The notes: generated by a model from the sequence alone, not told the origin. A DNA stretch of 64,000 bases from Longimicrobiales bacterium (GCA_965202985.1 CBDBCF010000001.1:224001-288000), one strand, 5' to 3'; positions 34,084-46,570 are shown, counted from the stretch's first letter. A program made the numbers and translations.

Positions 34084-34788
34084 ATGCGCGCCTACTGCCT
34101 TGCCGACCTCTTCAACCTCCAGCTCTGGCCTAGCGGTCGGCATCCAAACCGCGCGGACATTCGCGACGGGATTGGGCAACTCGTGAACCGTGTCCTCACG
34201 GCCGTCCCTCGCGCCAACGAAGTGACCGCGCGACTCTACGGTGGATGGGACGGAGACGTTCCGGCGGCGCAACGCGACCTTCGATCCATGGTTGCTCGGT
34301 CGATTGACCACATGCCTCGACGACGGGGACGGCAGTCGTTTCGGATCGAGCTCGCCGAATCGCCGGTCTGGGATCCAACCGCCCGAATACGCAGGTCGGT
34401 CAGGCTATCCCATCCGAAACGGCTCAGGGTGGCCGTCGAATCGTCTGGCAACTGCCTCCTCGGCAGCGCACGCTGCACGCTCCATCCCTTCGCATCGTGG
34501 TGCAAGGGCCGGTGCCCAGCGACAGGATGTCCGGTCCGGCTGTCGGATGTTGCATCTCGACATACCCAGAAGATGGTCGACACCCTGCTGACTGCGGACG
34601 CCATGGCCATCCGCTACGAGAAGCTGGCGGACACCGTGGTGCTGGCCAGCGACGACGACGACATGGTTCCCGCGCTATTGGCCCTTGTGGCGTCGGAGGT
34701 TGAGCTGGTATACTTGACCAAGCGGGAATCGAAGGGCCCATACACCACCTTGCTGGAACGAAAGGGGGCGCGAGTCTGCGCATGGTAG
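34084..34788 (+). CDS. NYN/LabA-like PIN-fold nuclease with Cys-rich insert
   Basis: D..N near the N-terminus, RLYGGW, QKMVDTLLTAD, LASDDDDMVPAL. Confidence 0.75.
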   Translation: MRAYCLADLFNLQLWPSGRHPNRADIRDGIGQLVNRVLTAVPRANEVTARLYGGWDGDVPAAQRDLRSMVARSIDHMPRRRGRQSFRIELAESPVWDPTARIRRSVRLSHPKRLRVAVESSGNCLLGSARCTLHPFASWCKGRCPATGCPVRLSDVASRHTQKMVDTLLTADAMAIRYEKLADTVVLASDDDDMVPALLALVASEVELVYLTKRESKGPYTTLLERKGARVCAW

Positions 34789-34791
34789 ACA

Positions 34792-37101
34792 ATGGACACG
34801 ACTGAAATCAAGAAGGACATTAGGCGATTCGCCGACCCCGGGTCGGACGTCCTGACGGACGGGAGTACGTTGATCTGGGAGCGAGACGGGCGTACTCGCG
34901 AAGCGAATCTGAGGCAGTCGGACGATGGCAGCCTTCCGGATGTGTGCGTTGGCGGTGCCTGGATGAAGTATAGGGATTTTCTGGCGGGTCCGGAGATGGC
35001 CGATTTGTATCGCCTTGCGCAGTTTGTTGTCAAGACGGCCCATGATCGGCCTGAGTATGTCCGAACTCTAGCACGAGCCGGCGACACCGACGACCAGGCC
35101 GAGAATCAAGAGCATGGCGACGCCGACGCTGTGGAAGTGGTCGAATCCCGAAGCACCAGGAATCTGCCATATTTGGCTACTCGCGTCGTGTTGGTCCAGG
35201 GCGAGGCGGGATCGGGCAAGACGATGGTCCTTCGGCACATGACGCTGCAACGAGCCAAGCAATTTATGGACGGTAGCGTGAAGTCGCTGTTCTTCTACGT
35301 GGACGTCCAGGGTCGCTCGTTGTCGCGACTCGACGATGCAATGGCCAGAGAACTGCAGGATCTTCGGGCTAGGTTCACATACAGTGCGGTTACACCGCTC
35401 GTACGGTCGGGGCTCTTGGTGCCGGTCATTGATGGCTTTGATGAGCTTCTTGGTAGCGGAGGATACGATGAAGCCTTTTCGTCATTGGCCGCATTCGTGG
35501 CAACACTGGAGCAGCGAGGCGCAGTCGTCGCCTCCGCACGCTCATCGTTCTTTGATTACAACAATTTTAGGGAGTACGCTACGCGGTTTGGATGGGACGG
35601 CCGACTTGGTTACCGTGTGGATCCCGTACGTGTACAGCCCTGGCGCGACACGCAAGCCGACGAATACGTTGAAACGGTCGCTGCAGAAGTAGGTACCCGG
35701 AAGTGCAAGACAGTACTTTCGGAGTTTCAACGATTGCGAGGCAGTCTGGACGATTCCAACCGCCGTGTCCTATCAAAACCGTTTTACGTTTCGCGGGTCG
35801 CCGAACTACTATTGATAGAGGGTGTTGATCTGTTCTCCGACACGAGTTTGCTGGACCGGCTTGTGGAGGCTCTTGTAAGTCGTGAGCACAAGAAGCTCTT
35901 GAACAAAGACGGCACACCCCTGATGAGCCAAGATCAGCATCGCTTGTTTCTAGCGGAGCTGGCCATGGAAATGTGGTGGCAAGAAAGTCGAATCCTGGAT
36001 TTTGAGACCGTACAGGAGCTAGCCGCACTCTTGGCCGAAGACTACGACTTGCCACCGGACGCAGCCAAGGCAATTAGGAGTCGCGTATCTAGCTACGCCT
36101 TTCTCACTACAGCCGACACGGACCGAAAGACTCTTCGTTTCGAGCACGAAGTCTTCTACAGCTACTTCCTGGCAAGCAAGATCGGCCAGTGCCTAGAACA
36201 GGAGCCGGACGACCTTCGGCGCTTTCTCAACCGATCGGTTCTTGACGACATAGTGACAGAGGAGGTTGCGAGAAACGCGGCAACCAACGGTAGAGGTTAC
36301 GCCGCTACGATCGAGTCGGTATGCGCAGCTGTCCGACAGGGTTTCATGGACGTCGTCGGCAGAGAGAACGGTGGCCGTCTGGTCGCGAGACTCATCGCGG
36401 ACAGCGGTAAGCTGCGACCTGTCGGTACGTTGCGCGATCTTGTCTTCCGTCACGAACGGTTGGGACCCGCCAACCTGGACAAACCACACTTCTTCCGCTG
36501 CGAGTTTCACGAGGTGGACTTCACTAGGATTCGGATGCAGTCCCCTAGATTTGAAGGCTGTACACTGCGGTTGCCTGTCGTAAGTATCGGGCAGACGAAA
36601 TTCCATGGCGCGCGGGCTAGCTTGGGAGAGCAAGTTCAAGGGATTCGAGTTGGGACTGGCGATGAAGAATTCCCAAAAGGGGATTACTTTGCGCCAGGAG
36701 ACGTACATGGCATCTTGAGCAAGCTAGGGATGGAATCCACCTCGGAGTCGAAGCCGACCCGATATACGTCTGCCCAGCAGCACAGAATTCGTCTTCTAAA
36801 TCGCTTTCTTCACAAGATGGATCGGCGGTTCTACGTTTCAGAAGCTGACCTAGGCAGATTCTCAACCACGCGTGATCTGGATTGGCAGAACATTCACGAG
36901 CTGTTGAAGGAACACCGTCTACTGATCGAACAATCCGTGCAGAAGGCCGGTCACAACGACAAGTTGCTTCGGCTGTCTCATCCGCCTGACGTTATTCGCG
37001 CGGGCGAGGACACTCGAGACAAAAGTCGACCGGAACTATCGGCGTTTTGGCACAACCTTTTGAACTTGGATTCAGCCAGAGAGAATGCGCCCCAACAGTG
37101 A
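34792..37101 (+). CDS. NACHT/STAND-type NTPase with pentapeptide-like C-terminal region
   Basis: Walker A GEAGSGKT, Walker B VIDGFDEL, ASARSSFF, KPF, RFEHEVFYSYF (winged helix). Lower GC. Confidence 0.8.
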   Translation: MDTTEIKKDIRRFADPGSDVLTDGSTLIWERDGRTREANLRQSDDGSLPDVCVGGAWMKYRDFLAGPEMADLYRLAQFVVKTAHDRPEYVRTLARAGDTDDQAENQEHGDADAVEVVESRSTRNLPYLATRVVLVQGEAGSGKTMVLRHMTLQRAKQFMDGSVKSLFFYVDVQGRSLSRLDDAMARELQDLRARFTYSAVTPLVRSGLLVPVIDGFDELLGSGGYDEAFSSLAAFVATLEQRGAVVASARSSFFDYNNFREYATRFGWDGRLGYRVDPVRVQPWRDTQADEYVETVAAEVGTRKCKTVLSEFQRLRGSLDDSNRRVLSKPFYVSRVAELLLIEGVDLFSDTSLLDRLVEALVSREHKKLLNKDGTPLMSQDQHRLFLAELAMEMWWQESRILDFETVQELAALLAEDYDLPPDAAKAIRSRVSSYAFLTTADTDRKTLRFEHEVFYSYFLASKIGQCLEQEPDDLRRFLNRSVLDDIVTEEVARNAATNGRGYAATIESVCAAVRQGFMDVVGRENGGRLVARLIADSGKLRPVGTLRDLVFRHERLGPANLDKPHFFRCEFHEVDFTRIRMQSPRFEGCTLRLPVVSIGQTKFHGARASLGEQVQGIRVGTGDEEFPKGDYFAPGDVHGILSKLGMESTSESKPTRYTSAQQHRIRLLNRFLHKMDRRFYVSEADLGRFSTTRDLDWQNIHELLKEHRLLIEQSVQKAGHNDKLLRLSHPPDVIRAGEDTRDKSRPELSAFWHNLLNLDSARENAPQQ

Positions 37102-37315
37102 AGCCTACTGCCTGCTTTACCCTACCTACCTGCCGGGCGCTGTTGGCCAACGTCCTTGTATCCTGCTAGGAGACGTGACGGACGCTACGGCATCACCTGG
37201 GGCGCCGAACGGGACGCTTACGATAGGCAGGTCGAGCATCCGCGCGTGCATCGGTTGCGACGGGGCTCGAAGCACCGGCAGGCTCCGCGCCGGCGGCGTC
37301 TCCGTCCCCCGGGCG

Positions 37316-37324
37316 TGATATACT
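37316..37324 (+). promoter_or_regulatory. Extended -10 element (TGnTATACT) 7 nt before the brxF ATG, probably leaderless
   Basis: Sequence gTGaTATACTgtacggaATG. Confidence 0.55.
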
Positions 37325-37331
37325 GTACGGA

Positions 37332-37874
37332 ATGGAATCCCTTGCCGACCGGATCGAGCGCAGCGCCCAGAAAGCCGCGTCGCTCCGCCATCGACTCGTG
37401 CTCGTCGCGGGTCCGCCCGGCTCGGGCAAGACGACGGCCCTGCGGACGCTCCGCGACCGCACCGGCGCGCCCCTCGTGAACGTCGGCCTGGAGTTGTCCC
37501 GCCGAATGCTGGAGCTCACGGAACGACAGCGCGCGCTCCGCTTGGCCGGGCTGCTGGGCGAGATCGTGGACGAAGCCCACACGAAGTGCGTTGAAGCGGC
37601 GTCGGTGTCGGCATCCAGCCGCATGGTACTGCTGGACAACATCGAGATCGCCTTCGACCCGGCGTTCCAGCAGGACCCACTCAAACTGCTCCAAGGGCCG
37701 GCGCGCCACCAGGTGGTCGTGGCGGCGTGGCCGGGGCCGGTGGCCGAGGGGCGGCTGGCGTATGCGGCTTCCGGTCATCCGGAGCACCGCAGCTACCCGA
37801 TGGCGGACTTGGCCGACGATGCGATCGTAGTGGACGCCCAAGGACGCGACGCCCGCCAGGAGCGCCCCCGATGA
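37332..37874 (+). CDS. brxF: BREX-3 P-loop protein BrxF
   Basis: [35 protein letters not shown]...DPL.LL, GHPEHR.Y; lies upstream of brxC. Confidence 0.9.
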   Translation: MESLADRIERSAQKAASLRHRLVLVAGPPGSGKTTALRTLRDRTGAPLVNVGLELSRRMLELTERQRALRLAGLLGEIVDEAHTKCVEAASVSASSRMVLLDNIEIAFDPAFQQDPLKLLQGPARHQVVVAAWPGPVAEGRLAYAASGHPEHRSYPMADLADDAIVVDAQGRDARQERPR

Positions 37875-40800
37875 AGTACCGCGACCTGATCCGCTTCGAT
37901 CCCATCGAATCCGTCGTGCAGCTTCGCAACGCGGCGAAGGCGGACGAGGCGCGGAAGCTGGTGGAGTCCTACGTCGTGTCCGACGAGATGGCGGAGAAGC
38001 TGTCGGCGGTGGTGATCCCCCAGCTTCAGTACGACGCTGCCGCCGACAACCGGGGCGTTCTGGTAGTGGGCAACTACGGCACGGGCAAGTCCCACCTGAT
38101 GTCGGTGCTGGCCGGGGTCGCCGAGCACGCGGAGTTGGCCGAGCGCCTTACGCATCCGAAGCTGGCCTTGGCCGCCAAGGCCGTCGCGGGCCGCTTCAAG
38201 GTGATCCGGGTGGAGATCGGGGCGTCGCAGATGCCCCTGCGCGACATCCTGGCGAACGCGCTGGAGGAAGAAACGGCCGCCATGGGCATCCACTACGCCT
38301 TCCCCCCCGCCGACGAAGTGCGCAGCAACAAGCACTGCTTCGAGGAGATGATGGCGGCGTTCCACGGCGTCTTCCCCGATCACGGCCTCTTGCTGGTGGT
38401 GGACGAGCTTCTGGACTACCTGCGGTCGCGGAAGGACCAGGAGCTGGTGTACGACCTGAACTTCATGCGCGAAGTGGGCGAAGTGTGCCGCGACCTGCGC
38501 TTCCGCTTCATGGCCGGCGTGCAGGAAACGATCTTCGGCGCTCCCTCGCTTGCATTCGCGGCCCAGGCGCTTCGGCGGGTCAAGGACCGCTTCGAACAAG
38601 TGCTCATCGCCAAGAGCGACGTGAAGTTCGTGGTGGCGGAGCGCCTGCTGAAGAAGACGGCCGACCAGAAGGCCAAGATACGCGAACACTTGGCACCCTT
38701 CGCCAAGTTCTACGAGCGCATGAACGAGGGCATGGACGAGTACGTCCACCTCTTCCCGGTGCACCCCGCCTACATCGACGCCTTCGACCAAGTGGCGCAG
38801 GCCGAGAAGCGGGAGATCATCAAGACGCTCTCCCGAGCAATGCACAAGATGCTCGACGAAGAGCTGCCGGCGGACCACCCGGGACTCGTCACCTACGACA
38901 GCTATTGGAACACGCTGCGCGACAACCCCGCGTTCCGCGCCGTGCCAGACATCCGCGCCGTCGTTCAGTGCAGCGAAGTGCTGGAGGCGCGGATCCGGCA
39001 GGCGTACACGCGGCCCCAGTACATGGAGATGGCGCTGCGGATCATCTACGCGCTCTCGGTCCACAGGCTCACGACCGGCGACATACACTCGAACCTGGGC
39101 GCCACGGCAAAGGAGTTGCGGGACGCCCTGTGCCTCCACCAACCCGGCGTCGAGGATTTGGGGGGCGACCCGGCCGACGACCTCCTGACCCAGGTCGAAG
39201 CCGTCATGCACGAGATATACAAGACGGTGAGCGGCCAGTTCGTGTCCTCGAACCCCGACAACGGCCAGTACTACCTGGACCTGAAGAAGACCGACGACTA
39301 CGACGCCTTGATCGAGGCGCGCGCCGAGACGTTGGACGACTCCAAGCTGGACCGCTACTACTACGACGCGCTCCGCCGGATCATGGAGTGCACCGACCAA
39401 ACCTACGTCACCGGCTACCAGATTTGGGAACACGAACTGGTCTGGCCGGACCGGAAGGCGTCCAGGCGGGGCTACTTGTTCTTCGGGGCGCCCAACGAGC
39501 GTTCCACCGCCGTGCCTCCGAGGGACTTCTACCTGTACTTCATCCAGCCCTACGAGCCGCCCAGGTTCAAGGACGAGCAGAAGCCCGACGAGGTGTTCGT
39601 GCGACTGAACCGCCGCGACCAGACCTTCGACGAGGCGTTGACAAGCTACGCCGCAGCGGCGGACTTGGCGCTGACGTCGTCGGGACACGCCAAGAAGACC
39701 TACCAAGAGAAGGCGGACGGCTTCCTGCGCGAGATCGTGAATTGGCTTCGCGAGAACATGATCGACGCCTTCCAGGGCACGTACAGGGGCCGCGCTCGAA
39801 GGCTCGTCGAGTGGAGCAAGGAGAAGTCGGTGCGCGAGGTCGCGGGCCTTCGCCCCGACGAAGTGGTCGACTTTCGCGGGTTCGTCAACGCGGTGGCGGG
39901 CCTGTGCCTTTCGCCTCACTTTGCGGACCAAGCGCCTGGGTATCCCCGCTTCTCGGTGGTGGTGACGGACCAGAGCCGGGAGCAGGCGGCCCGAGACGCC
40001 CTGCAGGTCGTGGCCGGCAAGCGCCCGACCGCCCAGGCCACCGCCGTGCTGGACGCGCTGGGGCTTTTGGACGGCGACCGCATCGACCCCTCCGGCTCGC
40101 CCTACGCCGGACACGTGCTGGAGCTGCTGGAGCGGAAGGGGCACGGGCAGGTCGTGAACCGGGGCGAGATCGTCGAGGTCGATCGCGGCGTGGAGTACAT
40201 GGACAAGAACGGCCAGCGGCTGGAGCCCGAGTGGGTGGTGGTCGTGCTGGCGGCGCTTGTGCACTCCGGTCACGTGGTGCTGGCAGTGCCGGGGGCGGTG
40301 TTCGACGCGGTCGGCCTTCCCGAGATGGCGAAGCGCCCTATCAGGGAGCTGGTCGACTTCAAGCACTACAAGGCGCCAAAGGAGTGGAACCTGCCGGCGC
40401 TGACCGCCTTGTGCGAGCTGGTCGGCTTGCAGCCCGGCGCGGCCCGGCTGGCGACCCAGGGCCAGCAGGCGGCGGTCCAGCAGCTGCAGGAGAAGCTGAC
40501 GGAGGTGGTGCAGCGGCTGGCCAAGGGCGGGCACTTGGTTCAGGAGGGGCTTCCGTTCTGGGGCGCTCCCCTGCTGACGGACGACGAATCCCAGCGGCTC
40601 CGCGAAGGCATGAAGAGGACCAAGGCGTTCCTGGAATCCCTTCAAGCCTACACGACGCCCGGCAAGCTGAAGAACTTCCGCCACTCCGTCGACGAGGTGG
40701 AGTCCCACGGCGCGGGCATGGCGTGCTTGGAGGAGGTAGACGCGCTGAACGCGCTACGGACCAGCTTGGACCCGCTGGCGTCCTACTTGACGGCCGCGCT

Positions 40801-41605
40801 GGCGGGACTGCCGTCGGAGCACGAGTGGGCCGTTCGGACGGGGATCGTCCGGCGGGACGTGCTGGCCCGGTTCGCCGACCCCAAGATGCGTCGTTCCGCC
40901 GAGTTTCGTCGCAAAGCCGACCGAGACCTGCGCGACCTCAAGGGCGAGTACGTGCGCATCTACTTGGCGGCCCACGCCAAGCACCGCCTGGGAGGGGCCG
41001 GCGAGGAGCAGAGGCGGCGCCTTCTGGCGAGCGCCCGGCTGAAGGGGTTGGCCAAGTTGTGCGCAATCGACATCCTGCCCAAGCGGCAGCTGGACGACTA
41101 CCGGGAGCGGCTGAAGGGGCTGGCCTCGTGCACGGCTCTCATGGAGTCCGAACTGCGCGTCGCGCCGGTGTGCGGCCACTGCGGCTTCCGCCTGGGCGTC
41201 GAGGACTCGGAACCGTCGGCGCAGTCCGCGCTGGACGCTCTCGACCAGGAGGCGGACCGGATGCTGGCGCGTTGGGCCGACACCCTGTTGGAGAACCTGG
41301 CCGACCCCACCGCCCAGGAGAGCTTGAAGCTGCTGGAGCCGGCGGCCAAGGCGCTCGTGGACCGGTTCGTGGCGAGCGGTCGGCTGGCGCAGGACCCGAA
41401 GCAGGAGCTGATCGACGCCCTGGCCGAGGCGCTCGCGGGGCTCGAGAAGGTGTCGGTGAGGCCGGCCGAGCTTTGCGCCGCTCTGGCTCCCGACGGTGCG
41501 CCCTCGACGCCGTCCGACATGGTGAAGCGGCTGGCCGGCTGGTTGGAGGAGCAGGTCGGGGGGAGGGACCCGGGCAAGGTCAGGATCGTGCTGGAGGACG
41601 AATGA
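37871..41605 (+). CDS. brxC: BREX-3 ATPase BrxC/PglY (DUF6079)
   Basis: [39 protein letters not shown]-terminal CGHC; about 1244 aa. Confidence 0.92.
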   Translation: MKYRDLIRFDPIESVVQLRNAAKADEARKLVESYVVSDEMAEKLSAVVIPQLQYDAAADNRGVLVVGNYGTGKSHLMSVLAGVAEHAELAERLTHPKLALAAKAVAGRFKVIRVEIGASQMPLRDILANALEEETAAMGIHYAFPPADEVRSNKHCFEEMMAAFHGVFPDHGLLLVVDELLDYLRSRKDQELVYDLNFMREVGEVCRDLRFRFMAGVQETIFGAPSLAFAAQALRRVKDRFEQVLIAKSDVKFVVAERLLKKTADQKAKIREHLAPFAKFYERMNEGMDEYVHLFPVHPAYIDAFDQVAQAEKREIIKTLSRAMHKMLDEELPADHPGLVTYDSYWNTLRDNPAFRAVPDIRAVVQCSEVLEARIRQAYTRPQYMEMALRIIYALSVHRLTTGDIHSNLGATAKELRDALCLHQPGVEDLGGDPADDLLTQVEAVMHEIYKTVSGQFVSSNPDNGQYYLDLKKTDDYDALIEARAETLDDSKLDRYYYDALRRIMECTDQTYVTGYQIWEHELVWPDRKASRRGYLFFGAPNERSTAVPPRDFYLYFIQPYEPPRFKDEQKPDEVFVRLNRRDQTFDEALTSYAAAADLALTSSGHAKKTYQEKADGFLREIVNWLRENMIDAFQGTYRGRARRLVEWSKEKSVREVAGLRPDEVVDFRGFVNAVAGLCLSPHFADQAPGYPRFSVVVTDQSREQAARDALQVVAGKRPTAQATAVLDALGLLDGDRIDPSGSPYAGHVLELLERKGHGQVVNRGEIVEVDRGVEYMDKNGQRLEPEWVVVVLAALVHSGHVVLAVPGAVFDAVGLPEMAKRPIRELVDFKHYKAPKEWNLPALTALCELVGLQPGAARLATQGQQAAVQQLQEKLTEVVQRLAKGGHLVQEGLPFWGAPLLTDDESQRLREGMKRTKAFLESLQAYTTPGKLKNFRHSVDEVESHGAGMACLEEVDALNALRTSLDPLASYLTAALAGLPSEHEWAVRTGIVRRDVLARFADPKMRRSAEFRRKADRDLRDLKGEYVRIYLAAHAKHRLGGAGEEQRRRLLASARLKGLAKLCAIDILPKRQLDDYRERLKGLASCTALMESELRVAPVCGHCGFRLGVEDSEPSAQSALDALDQEADRMLARWADTLLENLADPTAQESLKLLEPAAKALVDRFVASGRLAQDPKQELIDALAEALAGLEKVSVRPAELCAALAPDGAPSTPSDMVKRLAGWLEEQVGGRDPGKVRIVLEDE

Positions 41606-41644
41606 CGCGGGACGGGGTGGACGGCGGGTCGTACCCCCGCGGAA

Positions 41645-41740
41645 TGGGGTTGGTCACTGACCAAGCTGCCGTGCCCAAAGGGGGGTTGGTCACTGCTGGA
41701 GTGACCAACTTGACGGGACGCCGCAATTTGATTATACATT
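41645..41740 (+). repeat. Copy of the palindrome/promoter module at 48580-48675
   Basis: ggggttggtcactgaccaagctgccg.gcccaaaggggggttggtcactg..ggagtgaccaacttgacgg occurs at both positions. Confidence 0.9.
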
Positions 41741-41767
41741 AAGAATGGTTTGCCCCGTACCCACCCC

Positions 41768-44570
41768 ATGACCAACTCGCCGAGCAAGCTCTTTGAGCGG
41801 AAGGCGACCCCGACGACCGACCAGGTCGAATGCTTGGGCCTGACCTTCGAGTCCGACGACGCCCGGCGCGAGCACTTCCTGCAGCGGCTGCGCGAGAAGC
41901 TCCCCGAGCTGCGCAAGCGTCCCGACTTCCCCAAGGGGGAGGACGAGAACATCCTGCGCATGTCGGACCCGCCCTACTACACGGCCTGTCCGAACCCGTT
42001 CCTGGCCGAGTTCGTCGAGCACTGCGGCACGCCCTACGACCGCGCCGAGGAGTACCATCGCGAGCCGTTCGCCGTGGACGTGAGCGTGGGCAAGACCGAT
42101 CCCCTCTACCGGGCGCACGGCTATCACACCAAGGTCCCCCACCTGGCGATCGTCCCGTCGATCCTGCACTACACCGAGCCCGGCGACATCGTGCTGGACG
42201 GCTTCTGCGGCTCGGGAATGACCGGCGTGGCCGCCCAGTGGTGCGGCGCGGCCCCGGAGGAGTACCGTCGGACACTCGAGAAGGAATGGAAGGACCAAGG
42301 CCGGGAGCCGCCCAAGTGGGGTGCGCGGCGGGCCGTTCTGGGCGACCTGTCGCCCGCGGCCACCTTCATCGCCGCCAACTACAACATCCCCTTCGACGTG
42401 GACGAGTTCGCCGAAGCAGCCAAACAACTGCTGGACGATGTGGAGAAGGACATCGGCTGGATGTACGAGACGCTCCACGCCGACGGGCAGACCAAGGGCC
42501 GGATCAACTACACGGTGTGGAGCGAGGTGTTCTCGTGCCCGGACTGCGGCGGGGAGGTGGTGTTCGGCAAGGAGGCCGTGGACGCCCGGACCAAGAAGGT
42601 GAAGAAGGAATTTCCGTGCCCGGGTTGTGGAGCGGTGCTGACGAAGATACGGCTCGTGCGAAGCTCTTCCGCCCGGTGGGATCAAGCCCTTGAACGGAGC
42701 GTCGACGAACCCAAGCGAGTGCCCGTCCTGATCAACTATCAAATCGGCAACGACAGGCACGAAAAGGATCCAGACAGCGCCGACCTTCAACTTCTCGAGC
42801 GAATCGCAACCATGGAGCCCCTCGAAGGCGTGCCGTTGGACCGCATGATGCACGTCTCCGACGGCGTGACGAAGTGGGGCGACAAGTGGCGAGCCCGATC
42901 TGCCTCGTTTCAGCACGTGCACCACCTGTTCTTGCCCCGAGCCGCGCGTACTTCTGGCTGCTTGTGGGGCTTGGTTCGCCAACAGGACGACCGGCGGTCG
43001 CGCAACATGCTCATGTTCTTGGCCGAGCAGGCGATCCTCGGCATGTCCATCTTGAATCGGTACCAGCCGATCCAGCACGGACGCCCCGGCGGCTCCCAGG
43101 TGAACCGCGCGATGTCCGGGGTGTACTACGTCAGCTCCCAGATCTCGGAATGCTCTCTACGCTACAACCTAGCGGGACGCACTGGTCGATTGCCCAAGGC
43201 GTTCACGCCCATGCCTTCGCGTCCCGGCTATGCCGCCGTATCGGCCGTGGACTGCGGACGCATCCCAATCCCAACCGATTCCGTCGACTACGTCTTCACT
43301 GACCCACCCTTTGGCGACAGCTTGGCCTACGGCGAACTCAACTTCGTCGTCGAGGCGTTCCACGGCGTTTTCACGAACCAAGCCCCGGAAGCGATCGTCA
43401 GCCCGACGCAGCGCAAGCAGCTGGACGAATACCAAGTGCTCATGCGACGCTGCTTCGGCGAATACGCCCGGGTCCTCAAGCCGGGGCGGTGGATGACCGT
43501 CGTGTTCCACAACTCCCAGAACTCGGTGTGGAACGCTATTCAGGAGGGCCTGTCCGCCGCCGGCTTGGTCGTGGCCGACGTGCGCACGCTGGACAAGAAG
43601 GTCGGCTCATACAACCAAGCCGTTGCCAGCGGCGCCGTGAAGCAGGACCTGGTCATCTCGTGCTACAAGCCGTCCCGCGACCTGGAGGCACGCTTCAAGC
43701 TGACGGCCGGAAGCGAGGACGGCGTCTGGGATTTCGTCCACAATCACCTCAGGAACCTGCCGGTGTTCGTGGCCAAGGGGGACGTGGCGGAGATCGTGGC
43801 CGAGCGCCTCGACTACCTCCTCTTCGACCGAATGGTGGCGTTCCATGTCCAGCGAGGCGTGATAATCCCCTTATCGGCCGCCGAGTTCTACGAAGGCCTG
43901 AAGCAGCGTTTCGCGGCCCGCAACGGCATGTACTTCCTCCCGGAGCAAGCCGTCGAGCACGACCGCAAGCGCCTCACGGTCCGGCGCATCGAGCAGCTGG
44001 CCCTCCTCGTGACCGACGAGAAGTCCGGCCATCGAGTGGCTGCGCCTCCAACTGAAGGCCCGTCCCCGGAGCTTCCAGGCGATCCATCCCGCCTTCGTCC
44101 GCGAACTCGGCGGCTGGCAGAGGCACGAGCAGCTTCTGGAGCTGTCCACCCTCCTGGAGCAGAACTTCCTCTGCTACGACGGCGAGGGCGAGGTCCCCTG
44201 CCAGATTCACGGCTACCTGTCCAGCAACTACAAGGACACCCGGAACCTGCCCAAGGACGACTCCACCCTGCGGAAGCGCGCCCGCGACCGCTGGTACGTG
44301 CCGGACGTCAACAAGGCCACCGACCTGGAGCGCCTCCGGGAGCGCACGCTCCTCCGGGAGTTCCAGACCTACCGGGAACCGTCGCGACGGCGCCTGACGA
44401 AGTTCCGTCTGGAGGCCGTCCGCGCCGGCTTCCGTCGCGCCTGGGGAAAGGGCGACTACGACACGATCCTCGACATCGCCCGCAAGGTCCCCGATAAGGT
44501 GCTGCGGGAGGACCTCCAGCTGCTGATGTGGTACGACCAGGCGAAGAGGCGGAAGGAGGCGGAGGGGTGA
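41768..44570 (+). pseudogene. pglXI: BREX-3 DNA methyltransferase PglXI copy A, +1 frameshift near 44027
   Basis: YHTKVPH, DGFCGSGMTG, CPDC/CPGC, FTDPPF. Has an extra G relative to copy B (aagtccggcc vs aagtccgcc). Confidence 0.88.
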
Positions 44571-44604
44571 GAGAGGAGGTCCATCTAAGGTCAGGCAGGC
44601 CGCT

Positions 44605-45240
44605 AGCCGGAACGCGTGCCGAAACGGAACTCGCCGCCCGCCCGTCCTGCTACGGCACTCCTACCGCGACGGTGGCAAGGTGCGCAAGCCAGCGTTGGCG
44701 AACCTTCGCGCTGGCCCGACGAACTGGTCGAGGGGTTGCGCGTCCTGCTCAAGGGCGGGGCCGCGGTTCCGGCACTCAAGGACGCCTTCCGCATCGAACG
44801 CTGGCGGCCGCATGGCCACGTCGCGGCCGTCGTGGGCACGGCACAGAAGCTGGGCTTCAAGCGGCGCGCCAAGCGTCACGAGCTACTGGCCGACACGGCG
44901 GCGCAACTGGAGCAGGTCGCCCGAGAGCCGTGCGCCGCAAGCGGCGACCGCTACGGAGCGAGGCTCGGATCGCCGTGCGGGTCGACCGAGTACTACGCTT
45001 GCCCAAGGTGGGCAAGCACTTCGACGTGCGTGCGACGGCTGACTCGTTCTCGTATGCCCGCAACGAAGCCCGGATCGCCCGGGAAGCAGCACTGGACGGC
45101 GTGTATGTGCTGGGCACCAGCGTGGCGAAGCAGAAGCTCGGCGCCGACCACGCGGTGCGCGCCACAAGGGCCTGGAACGGATTAAGCGAGCATTCCGCGC
45201 TTCAAGACGGTGGACCCCAACTTCCATCGGCGACTGACGC
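44605..45240 (+). mobile_element. Degraded IS1634-family transposase remnant
   Basis: ERVP.RNSPP, SYRDGGKVRK..LANL, PHGHVAAV, KHF, EAALDGVYVL.TS, FKTVD in broken frames. Confidence 0.75.
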
Positions 45241-45501
45241 CAAGGCCTTCGAAAGGGTGACGGACGACTCCTTCCACACATTTCCACGCCGCCGAACTCG
45301 CCCCGGGCCGGGGCCACCACGGTTGCGGCCTTTGATGTGGGCCGTGTCGAGTTCAAGCCGACCTGCACAAACGCCCTGGCCGAGTTGCCGCGAGGACGCC
45401 CGATGAGCCACGTCGTGATCGACGACCGCCTGATCGAACAAATCTGCGGCCCAACGCCGCCAACTGCTCCCCGGGGAGCACAACCGCGAGGAGAATGAAG
45501 G

Positions 45502-46467
45502 ATGAAGCGTACCCGTGAACTCAGACCCCTCGCAGTCCGCCGCCGCCTCGAACGACAAATCAGACTTGCCAACAATGAAGAGGTTCCGTTGGATCAAACA
45601 TTAGAGGTGGCAGGACCAGTGGCTCTCGCTACCTTGGAGGCGCTTCATGTGACAAGGTATTGGCGGAACAGAACCATTCCCCGCCTGGCAGAAGGCAAGG
45701 GTCGTGTGGCAACTATCATTCAGGGTACAGCGATAGGCTCAAAAGGTTTTATTATGGAAAATCTCCCAACGATGACTCCCCTTGACACACCACTAGCAAC
45801 TGAGCCATTTGGTCCAGGCCTGACGCTCTGCTTGGATAGTCGCTCGCTCATCAGACCAAGGGTTGGCGAACGCACAACCCTAAAACGTTGGCGTAAAACC
45901 AAGGTATGCGACATCTTGTTCGTCTCTGAGGAGATGAATGCATATTCTCTAAAAATGTCAACCGATAATCGCGTGACGCTCACCATACAAAATTTGCAAC
46001 ATGCCATGAAGCTACCCGGATTGGTGACAATTGCAAGAGCCGTCACCTACGAAGACGTTCTAAGAGGGGTGCGCAATGCTCACGCCCACTTCATCCCAAC
46101 TAGAACATCAATCAAAAAAGCAACACCTTCAGAGATAGTCGGCTTCTTGGTCCAACACGGCCCCTGGCCAGTCCGAATCTGGATCAGCAACCTTGCATGG
46201 AGCTTAGGAGTGGCGATCGGCAATGGGATGGATATGCCGCAACTCAAGTTCAACAGTGGACGCCTGACACCCTGTGGAGGTGATGTTGAAAACGAGATAC
46301 CCGCTGGCCTGTATCTTGTTGGTGGTTGTTTAGAAAACATCGCCGTCACCGTCGCGTTGCCAGATGGTCGCGCTTTTGCTGGCCACTTGCCGACTTCCAA
46401 ACTAAGAACTGGCCGCTATTGCATCAACATCAATCAACCCGATGCAAATCCGGGAAGGCTGTCATAA
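45502..46467 (+). CDS. Hypothetical protein (low GC)
   Basis: 321-aa ORF with GGAG upstream; no family recognised. Confidence 0.6.
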   Translation: MKRTRELRPLAVRRRLERQIRLANNEEVPLDQTLEVAGPVALATLEALHVTRYWRNRTIPRLAEGKGRVATIIQGTAIGSKGFIMENLPTMTPLDTPLATEPFGPGLTLCLDSRSLIRPRVGERTTLKRWRKTKVCDILFVSEEMNAYSLKMSTDNRVTLTIQNLQHAMKLPGLVTIARAVTYEDVLRGVRNAHAHFIPTRTSIKKATPSEIVGFLVQHGPWPVRIWISNLAWSLGVAIGNGMDMPQLKFNSGRLTPCGGDVENEIPAGLYLVGGCLENIAVTVALPDGRAFAGHLPTSKLRTGRYCININQPDANPGRLS

Positions 46468-46477
46468 GTCGGCCCGA

Positions 46478-46570
46478 GGCGGCACCGTTGCTCAAGCGCA
46501 ACCCGGAGTTGCGAGCGGTGGCGGTGTTCAAGGAGTTGTGGAGGCTACATCTGGAGTGCGAACCTCGGGT
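46478..46570 (+). mobile_element. IS21-family istA fragment
   Basis: PLLKRNPELRAVAVFKELWRLH resembles the IstA N-terminal region. Confidence 0.5.

Noticed and set aside
41602..41742. Small [12 protein letters not shown]... after brxC
   Set aside because: Mostly a remnant of the 47328-48878 gene linker; treated as a repeat/promoter module.
45403..45500. MSHVVIDDRLIEQI, VapB-like start
   Set aside because: Similarity too short, and no toxin partner.
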